From assembly GCA_965602635.1 (NCBI GenBank), contig CBFCZU010000002.1:1-63912 (forward strand): a stretch of 63,912 bases of DNA. Reading direction: 5' to 3'. A model generated the notes under the pieces. It was not told where the DNA came from. It searched no databases and worked only from the letters and a program-made list of their open reading frames with translations. This document shows positions 28,268 to 34,863 of the stretch, piece by piece. Numbering within the stretch: position 1 is the first letter of the stretch; each line of letters starts with the position of its first letter. The position numbers were made by a program, and so were the translations under genes. The DNA comes from an uncultured Planctomycetales bacterium. Its GTDB lineage: Bacteria; Planctomycetota; Phycisphaerae; SM23-33.

Positions 28268-29158
28268 TCAAGCTCTTTGCCGCCTCCTGACAAAGAACAG
28301 ACCCAAGGCCAACACCAGCGCAGAGGCGGGCTCCGGCACGTTCGCGGGGGTCGGGGGAGTGCCCTGCTGGTAGTTGTTGGACAAGGCGATGTAGTCCAGC
28401 CCGTCGACGATCCCGTCGCCGGTGAAATCGCCGTTGTCCCAGTACTTGCCGTTGGCTCCGGGCCCGTAGCCGCTTGTCCAGGCCATGTAGTCGAGCGGCC
28501 CGACGTAGTCGTCCAGGTTGGCGTCGCCCTGCCTGGGCGTGAAGACGCTGACGCTGAAGACCATGGCCAGGTTCTCCTCGAGGATGGGATTGAACGGCTC
28601 GCTCGGCCCGGCCAGGGTGTAGTTGATCATGGGCAGCGTGCTGAAGGCGGAGTGCACGATCGACATGTCCTCGACCGGCAGCAGGGCGATCTCGTCGGCC
28701 ACCGCCACCATGCCCTTGATCACCGCGCCGAAGACACAGTATGGATTGGCCGGATCGTCCAGCATGTCGTTGTCGACCAGGTTGATGAACCACTGGCTGG
28801 TGGCGCTGTCAAGGTCGGTGCCTCGCGCCATGGCCAGCGTGCCGCGGATGTTGGACATCGTGGCGGGGTCGAACTCGTTGACTATCGGCGGATCCCCGGG
28901 CACGGCCACGGAGGGGTCATATAGGAACCCGCCGCCCTGAATGACGAAGCCGGGGACGCTGCGGTGGATGAAGGTTCCGTCGAAGTCGCCGTCGTTGACG
29001 TAATTGAGGAAGTTCGCGACGGTGATCGGCGCCACGTCGTCGAAGAGCTGGAAGTCCATCGCGCCCATTCGGGTCTCGACGTGGACGAAGGTATCGGCCA
29101 GGGCCAGGGGCGCGGTGAGCATCAGAAGTCCACAGATGGTTACCGTGATGCGCTTCAT
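28268..29158 (-). CDS. cyclophilin-type peptidyl-prolyl isomerase with dockerin-like repeats and a PEP-CTERM anchor
   Basis: Signal peptide MKRITVTICGLLMLTAPLALA. Cyclophilin motifs FHRSVPGFVIQGGGF and SQWFINLVDN. GDANLDDYVGPLDY and GDFTGDGIVDGLDY. C-terminal VPEPASALVLALGLFFVRRRQRA. GGAGGAG Shine-Dalgarno upstream. Confidence 0.87.
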   Translation of the reverse strand: MKRITVTICGLLMLTAPLALADTFVHVETRMGAMDFQLFDDVAPITVANFLNYVNDGDFDGTFIHRSVPGFVIQGGGFLYDPSVAVPGDPPIVNEFDPATMSNIRGTLAMARGTDLDSATSQWFINLVDNDMLDDPANPYCVFGAVIKGMVAVADEIALLPVEDMSIVHSAFSTLPMINYTLAGPSEPFNPILEENLAMVFSVSVFTPRQGDANLDDYVGPLDYMAWTSGYGPGANGKYWDNGDFTGDGIVDGLDYIALSNNYQQGTPPTPANVPEPASALVLALGLFFVRRRQRA

Positions 29159-29315
29159 TTTTCTCCTCCAGTCCCAGCCCGCGGGCCGGTGTCGATCGCC
29201 ATGTGCCTGCACGCAGCCCGTGGCCGGACAATGCGCCCGGGCACGATACAAGCCGGTCGAGCAAGACGGGCTAACTCCGTTTAACCTCCGTCCGCTGCTA
29301 TTATTGAGCGCCGCC

Positions 29316-29344
29316 ATTATACGCGAGGTTGGCGAATGCGTCAA
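29316..29344 (-). promoter_or_regulatory. sigma-70-like promoter (TTGACG, 17-nt spacer, TATAAT) upstream of the PPIase gene
   Basis: The reverse complement reads TTGACGcattcgccaacctcgcgTATAAT. About 150 nt upstream of the start at 29158. Confidence 0.5.
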
Positions 29345-29415
29345 TACAGATAACTCAAGGACGCGCGGTTTTCGCCCGCCGGTGCGGCCTTCGGTGGCCG
29401 ATTCGGGCCCGGGCG

Positions 29416-30510
29416 CTAGTGTCTGAACTGGCGGACCAGCTCGACGTATCGCCGCACGGCCTCGTACGGCATGTCGGGCATGATCATGTCGTCGATGGCG
29501 GGGACGTAGCCTCCGGCGGCCATCAGGGGCGGGACCTTCTCGCGGAACTCACGCTCGACGGCCTCGGGCCCGTCCATGACGGCCTGGCGGGAGATGTTGC
29601 CGATCATCAGCAGCTCGCGCCCGAACTCGCGGCGAAGCTCGCGGGCGTCTATCCCGGCGGCGGCCTCGAGCGGCAGGTGAAGGTTGACGCCGATCTCCAG
29701 CAGCGCCGGGATCAGCGGGCGGATGTTGCCGCTGGTGAGGTACCCGACGACGTCCACCCCGCGCCCGCGGACGAACTCGACCACCCGCCGCACGTGCGGC
29801 GCCCAGATCCGCCGGTACGTCTCCGGCGAGACAATGGTGGAGTTCCTGTAGCCCATGCCGTCCTCGTTGATGACGACGAAGTCGAAGCGGACGTTGTCGA
29901 GCCAGTCGCGGGCGGCGGCGACGACGAAGTCGGCCCAGAAGTCGAACATCTCCTCCAGCAGGGCCGGCTCGGCGGTGAGAACCTCCAGGAACCGCTCGAA
30001 CCCGAGCATGTAGCCGTTCTTGATGCCGCGCCCCGGGCCCCAGTCGATCCGCATGCCCACAGGCCCGGGCGAGGGGTTTAGCTGCTCGAACAGCTCGGCC
30101 GACCAGTCGCGGGGTCTGCGGCGCGGGTCGGAGGCGTCGAAGCGCAGCTTCATCCGCTCCCAGTCGTCCCGCCCGGCTACCGAGCCGGCGAGGTAGTAGT
30201 ACAGCGTCGGCCCGACTGACTGGCTCCTGGAGGCCCGGACGGTGAAGCCGTAGGCGTCGGTCTCGGTCCGCCAGCGGTCGTCCTGGGCGATCGTCCTGGC
30301 CACGAAGGCCGGCAGCGGGTCGGTGTCGAGGCGGATCATCGTGCAGGGGTCGAAGTCGATCACGTCGCGGCGGGCGACGCCGACGGGCAGGTGGCCGTCG
30401 ATGATCCACTGGCGGACGGTGCCCTCGGCCAGGCCCTCGGCGCTCCACAGCGGCACGCGGTCGGCGCCGCCGAAGTGCATGATGCGGCCGAAGCGCTGGC
30501 GCGGGTTCAT
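29416..30510 (-). CDS. uroporphyrinogen decarboxylase (URO-D) family protein
   Basis: MNPRQRFGRIMHFGGADRVPLW... with TIM-barrel-like length and layout shared with the four other paralogs here. Start at the ATG at 30510. Confidence 0.75.
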   Translation of the reverse strand: MNPRQRFGRIMHFGGADRVPLWSAEGLAEGTVRQWIIDGHLPVGVARRDVIDFDPCTMIRLDTDPLPAFVARTIAQDDRWRTETDAYGFTVRASRSQSVGPTLYYYLAGSVAGRDDWERMKLRFDASDPRRRPRDWSAELFEQLNPSPGPVGMRIDWGPGRGIKNGYMLGFERFLEVLTAEPALLEEMFDFWADFVVAAARDWLDNVRFDFVVINEDGMGYRNSTIVSPETYRRIWAPHVRRVVEFVRGRGVDVVGYLTSGNIRPLIPALLEIGVNLHLPLEAAAGIDARELRREFGRELLMIGNISRQAVMDGPEAVEREFREKVPPLMAAGGYVPAIDDMIMPDMPYEAVRRYVELVRQFRH

Positions 30511-30517
30511 GGCGGCC

Positions 30518-30937
30518 TCACTCGCCGCCCGCGGCGTCGGCCTGGGCACGCCGGGTGGACTTGACCTTCTCGATATGCTCGGCGAAGGTCGCGTGGCCCT
30601 CCTTCTCGTCGGAGAGGAAGGCGTTGTAGAGCAGGTATTCCAGGTCCTCGTCGTCGCCGGCGATGGTCTGGTGCTCGGCCCCGGCGGGGATGAACACCAC
30701 GTCGCCTCGGGTGACGCGCTTCTTCTCGTCGCCGACCGCCACCCACCCGCCGCCGGCGGTGACGAAGAATGTCTGCTCTTTCTGGTCGTGCTTGTGCCGC
30801 GGCCCGACCAGCCCCGCCCGCCAGCGGTTCAGACCGATCTCGGTCCGGGCCGTCTCGCTGCGGTCGAGCACGACGGTGATCTCGTTGAGCCCGGCGACGT
30901 CCAGCCGCTGGCCCTGGTCGTACCTGCGGCAGATCAT
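30518..30937 (-). CDS. cupin domain protein
   Basis: GPRHKHDQKEQTFFVTAGGG...GDVVFIPAGAEHQ. Overlaps the upstream gene by 4 nt. Lies 7 nt from the downstream URO-D gene. Confidence 0.8.
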   Translation of the reverse strand: MICRRYDQGQRLDVAGLNEITVVLDRSETARTEIGLNRWRAGLVGPRHKHDQKEQTFFVTAGGGWVAVGDEKKRVTRGDVVFIPAGAEHQTIAGDDEDLEYLLYNAFLSDEKEGHATFAEHIEKVKSTRRAQADAAGGE

Positions 30938-31674
30938 CGCCGCCCCTCCTTCCCGCCGCGGGCCCGCTGCACGCCGACGTAGACGTGCCGCAGCGCGTAG
31001 TGGGCGTCGTGACGCATGTTCGCCATGTCGTGGCTATCCATCGTGTGCTGGCTGCCGGCCATGAGCGTGATCTTCCGGCAAGGCGGGGTGCGGAAGACCG
31101 CGCAGCTCAGCCCCGCGTCGCGGAAGGACTCGTCGAGCCCCTGCTCGCAGAGGAACCAGCGGAGGTGCTCGCCCCACAGCCCCTCGACGCGCATCTTCAC
31201 GCCGCTGCGCGGGTAGGCCCACTCGACCGGCTCGCCGAAGAGCAGCACGTAGCCGGGCGGGACGCAGGCGCTGCCGATGACCGTCACCTCGACGATGGGC
31301 TCGTCCTCGACGAAGGTGATCGCCCCGTACGGCGGGACGTCCAGCTCCACGCCGTCGGTGTTGAACTCCGCCCCTACGTAGCCGCTCTTGAGCTCGTCGG
31401 TCATGACGCCCCACTGCTCCTCGGGCAGGTCGTCGGTGACGTGGTTGGTGGCGTTCTCCCACGGCCGGCCCAGCTCGAGGCGGAAGTTGTCGTAGAAGAA
31501 CGGGGCGTCGTACTGGTAGTGGACGATCTCGAAGGCCCGCCGCTGCTGGCGCCGCCTGGCGGCGGCGGTGGCGACGACCTGCTCCTCGGCCTCGGTCCAG
31601 CCCTCGGGGGGCCTGTCCGAATTGGCGAGGCGGGCCCGCTCGATCTTCGGTCGAACGTACTTGTCCTCAGGCAT
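30934..31674 (-). CDS. hypothetical protein (246 aa)
   Basis: Starts at MPEDKYVRPKIERARL, preceded by GGGGGAAGGAAGGG. The ORF-track extension to 32349 overlaps the upstream URO-D gene and is rejected. Confidence 0.65.
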   Translation of the reverse strand: MPEDKYVRPKIERARLANSDRPPEGWTEAEEQVVATAAARRRQQRRAFEIVHYQYDAPFFYDNFRLELGRPWENATNHVTDDLPEEQWGVMTDELKSGYVGAEFNTDGVELDVPPYGAITFVEDEPIVEVTVIGSACVPPGYVLLFGEPVEWAYPRSGVKMRVEGLWGEHLRWFLCEQGLDESFRDAGLSCAVFRTPPCRKITLMAGSQHTMDSHDMANMRHDAHYALRHVYVGVQRARGGKEGRR

Positions 31675-31706
31675 CGCTTGTTCCCTTCCTTCCCCCTGTC
31701 TTGCTC

Positions 31707-32831
31707 TCAAAGCCAGCCCGTCATTCGGGCGAGGATCCGCGAGTAGTCCACGAAGTTCGGCCAGGAGATGTCGGGGGGCACGCCGTGGTCGCAGCCGGGT
31801 ATGTAGCCGCCGTCGCGGGCGACCGGCTCGACCCGCTTCATCTCCTTGGCGAGGACCTCCCCGCCCTTTGCGATGGCCCGCTTGTCCACGCCGCCGCGGA
31901 AGGCCATCTTCCGCTTGAACTCGCGGCGGTAGGCGACGATGTCGTTGCCGGCGGCCACCTCTATGGGGTCGCACGCGTTTATCCCCGCCTCGATCCAAAG
32001 CGGTATCAGCTCGCCGACGTGGCCGTCGCTGTCCAGGGCGATCACCGGCACACCCGCCGCGCGGGCCTGGTCGGCCCACTGGCGCCAGCACGGCAGCAGG
32101 AACTCGCGAACCATGGCCGGCGAGATCATCGACTTCTCCTTGTAGGCCATGTCCTCGCTGATGTGGATCGCGTCGGGCGTGACGGCGGCGAAGATCCGCT
32201 CGAGCATCTCCGAGACGAAGCCCTGCCAGAAGGCGACCATGTCGCGGACGAAGGGCGGGTCGTCGATGAAGAGCATGCACAGGCCCTCGAACCCGAGCCA
32301 CTCGCGGAGCTGCCAGAACGGCCCGGGGAAGCTGTATTCGAGAACGCACTCGCGCCCGCCCGCGGCGGCGGCCTTGGCGGCGAAGTCGGCGTCGAACCGA
32401 CCCGGCTCGTCAACGTCGTAGCGGCGCTTCATGTCCTCCCAGTCGTCGCGAGTCTCGACCGGGCACTTGATCCACCGGCGGGTGACGAAGTCGATGGCCT
32501 CGCGGAGGTGGCGGACGCTGAACTTGTCGGATATCTCGCAGACGTTGCCCTTCCAGTCCTGGACGACGAGCGTTCTCGCCCGGCGCTCGATGATCTTCTC
32601 CTCGAACTGCGGCATCATGCGGAAGTCGGCGCCCGGGCGGACGCGCTCGATCGCCGCCGGCGGCTCGATCCCCAGAGCCTCGCGCAGGTGGTCCATGTAG
32701 TTGACGCCCTCGGGCAGGCCCTGGCTGTGCCATGCGGCCAGCGTCGATTCCCTAGGCCCCCCGGGGGTGAACGGCACCCGGTCAGGCCGGCCGAAGAGCA
32801 AAGTCTCGATGAACCGCTCGCGCTCGGTCAT
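31707..32831 (-). CDS. URO-D family protein
   Basis: MTERERFIETLLFGRPDRVPFTPGG... with LDSDGHVGELIP and a C-terminal GYIPGCDHGVPPD. Confidence 0.8.
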   Translation of the reverse strand: MTERERFIETLLFGRPDRVPFTPGGPRESTLAAWHSQGLPEGVNYMDHLREALGIEPPAAIERVRPGADFRMMPQFEEKIIERRARTLVVQDWKGNVCEISDKFSVRHLREAIDFVTRRWIKCPVETRDDWEDMKRRYDVDEPGRFDADFAAKAAAAGGRECVLEYSFPGPFWQLREWLGFEGLCMLFIDDPPFVRDMVAFWQGFVSEMLERIFAAVTPDAIHISEDMAYKEKSMISPAMVREFLLPCWRQWADQARAAGVPVIALDSDGHVGELIPLWIEAGINACDPIEVAAGNDIVAYRREFKRKMAFRGGVDKRAIAKGGEVLAKEMKRVEPVARDGGYIPGCDHGVPPDISWPNFVDYSRILARMTGWL

Positions 32832-32837
32832 TGCGTC

Positions 32838-33896
32838 TCACTCCCAGTAATACGTGCGGAACTTCTTCATGGCGCTGCACAACGCGTCCACGTTCTCCGG
32901 CGGCGTGGGCGGATACACGCCGGCCTTGAGCATCAGCCCGCCGGCGGGGCCCCCGAGCTTGCGGACGGCCTCAGCCACCAGGTCCTCGATGTCGCCCGGC
33001 GAGCCGAACGGCACCACGCTCTGGCGGTCGATGTCCAGGTCGATGCAGAACCTGCCCTTGGCCTCGGCCGCCAGGTTGTCGATCCCGTTGACCAGGTCCT
33101 GCGGGTTGATGATGTCGATGCCCGCGTCGGCGAACTCGTCCATCAGCTCGAGCACGTGCCCGTCGCTGTGCAGGTACACCAGCTTGCCGGCGTCCTTGGC
33201 GGGGGCGAACAGCTCCCGGTACACGGGCGTGAAGAACTGCCGGAACATCTCCGGCGAGATGATGGAGGCGTTCTGCGCGCCCAGGTCCTCACCGCAGCCA
33301 AGGACGTCCAGGTCCATCTGAAGGAACCGCCGCACGATCTCCGCGCAGTGGGCCTTGACCATGTCGATGAGCTCGAGCAGTTCCGGCGGCTGCTCGACGA
33401 GATCGCAGAGGAAGTTGTCGAAGCCGCGCAGGTACGTCAGGCGCATGAATAGGAATCCGTGGTAGAGCCCGCCGCTGGTCAGCTCGCCGCGGGCGGCCCG
33501 GGCGGCGAAGTCCTCGGCGAGGCTCTGCCAGTCGCCGGTGATCCGCTGTGCGTTCTGGGGCTCGACGGGGGCGGGCCGGTACTTCTCCAGGGCCGACCAG
33601 TCCGCCAGCGGATGCTCCACTACCGTCCCGATCACCCCGTCGTAGGCCATCCGCCACGTGCAGCCCCACGGATCGACCAGCTCGCCGACGCGCTCCTCGA
33701 CGGGGAACTGGTAGTTGTCGAAGTCCGGCCGGCCGGGCTCGAAGCCGGGGAACAGCCACTCGTGCCTGGCCATGACCTCCTCAAGCTCCGCCCCGCACTG
33801 GGCGCGCATGGCGTGCGAGAGTCCGACGCCGCAGGGAATGTACTCGCCACCCTCCAGCCGGGCGGTGCGGAGGTAATTCTCGCGTCTGCTCAACAT
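32838..33896 (-). CDS. URO-D family protein
   Basis: MLSRRENYLRTARLEGGEYIP... with LHSDGHVLELMDEF. GAGGA lies 7 nt upstream of the ATG at 33896. A GTG at 33923 is an alternative start. Confidence 0.75.
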   Translation of the reverse strand: MLSRRENYLRTARLEGGEYIPCGVGLSHAMRAQCGAELEEVMARHEWLFPGFEPGRPDFDNYQFPVEERVGELVDPWGCTWRMAYDGVIGTVVEHPLADWSALEKYRPAPVEPQNAQRITGDWQSLAEDFAARAARGELTSGGLYHGFLFMRLTYLRGFDNFLCDLVEQPPELLELIDMVKAHCAEIVRRFLQMDLDVLGCGEDLGAQNASIISPEMFRQFFTPVYRELFAPAKDAGKLVYLHSDGHVLELMDEFADAGIDIINPQDLVNGIDNLAAEAKGRFCIDLDIDRQSVVPFGSPGDIEDLVAEAVRKLGGPAGGLMLKAGVYPPTPPENVDALCSAMKKFRTYYWE

Positions 33897-33970
33897 CCGG
33901 CCGTCCTCAAAGAAAGAGTCCACGAATTACTCGAATTGCGCGAATTCAGAAGAAGCTTACAGAAGCACAC

Positions 33971-34540
33971 TCAGCAGTGTCCATCGTTCGCGAGACTCCT
34001 ACTCCACTCGTCCCTGAGGAGGCCGTAAAGCTCCAGGTCCTCAAACCTGTCCCATCTCTTGACGTGCTGGCGGGCGCGGCCCTCGTGGACCATTCCCAGC
34101 TTCTGCATCACCCTGCCCGACGCCGGGTTCCGCGTCAGGTGCGAGGCGTGAATGCGATTGAGCTTCAGCGTCGAGAAGCCGTAATGGAACACGGCCCGGC
34201 CTGCTTCCGTGCAGTAGCCGTTGCCCCAGTACGGCTTGCCGATCCAATAGCCCAGCTCGGCTCGCTCGAAGCGCGCGGCAATTACGAGCCCCATGGCCCC
34301 GATCAGCTCCCCGGTGCCGCGCAGCACAATCGCGAAGTTGACGAGCCCTCCCGCCTCGAACTTCGGCTGATGCGTGGAGATCCACTCTTCGGCCATGCCG
34401 TCCTCGTACGGGTGCGGGATGTTGAGCGTGGTGTCGGCGATGGCCCTGTCGCCGGCGAGGCGCTGGACGTCCTTTGCGTCGGACGGCTCGAACGGCCGCA
34501 GCAGCAACCGCTCCGTCTCAAGTGTGGGACGCTGCTTCAT
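33971..34540 (-). CDS. GNAT N-acetyltransferase (RimJ/RimL-like)
   Basis: TERLLLRPFEPSDAKDVQRLAGD..., ELGYWIGKPYWGNGYCTEAGRAV and NPASGRVMQKLGMVHEG. GGAGAG Shine-Dalgarno upstream. Confidence 0.9.
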   Translation of the reverse strand: MKQRPTLETERLLLRPFEPSDAKDVQRLAGDRAIADTTLNIPHPYEDGMAEEWISTHQPKFEAGGLVNFAIVLRGTGELIGAMGLVIAARFERAELGYWIGKPYWGNGYCTEAGRAVFHYGFSTLKLNRIHASHLTRNPASGRVMQKLGMVHEGRARQHVKRWDRFEDLELYGLLRDEWSRSLANDGHC

Positions 34541-34611
34541 TTCTCTCCACCCCGCGCGCTGGGCGTGAATGGCCGGTCGTCCGCCGGCCGGCGGGCAGGC
34601 AGGCGCGGACC

Positions 34612-34863
34612 CTACTTGCCCGCGCCGCAGCACTTCTTGAACTTCTTGCCCGAGCCGCAGGGGCAGGGGTCGTTGCGCCCCACCTGGGCGTCGGCCTTGA
34701 GCCGGTACTTGTCGGGGTCCTTCTCCCGCTCGGCCTTGGCAGCGGCGACGGCCTGCTCCTCGGCCTCGGCCTCCTCCTTGCTCAACGCCCGCTGCGCCAT
34801 GTCGGAGAGCTTGCGCTTGTCCCGGCGCTTTCCGAACCTGTCGCCGATCTGGTCGCGTGCCAT
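34612..34863 (-). CDS. 83-aa SEC-C motif protein (stand-alone copy of the SecA zinc-finger tail)
   Basis: [20 protein letters not shown]...[23 protein letters not shown]. Its ATG shares one base with the secA TGA (TGATG, 34861-34865). Confidence 0.7.
   Translation of the reverse strand: MARDQIGDRFGKRRDKRKLSDMAQRALSKEEAEAEEQAVAAAKAEREKDPDKYRLKADAQVGRNDPCPCGSGKKFKKCCGAGK
34627..34674. repeat. 48-nt SEC-C coding segment, 46/48 identical to 34878-34925
   Basis: Hand alignment: gcagcacttcttgaacttcttgcccgagccgcaggggcaggggtcgtt against the secA 3' end. Confidence 0.85.

Noticed and set aside
27787-28924. ORFs 27787-28293(-) and 27887-28924(+) next to ssrA.
   Set aside because: The first runs through the tmRNA T-arm. 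The second runs antisense through the PPIase gene. Neither has a Shine-Dalgarno or a recognisable motif.
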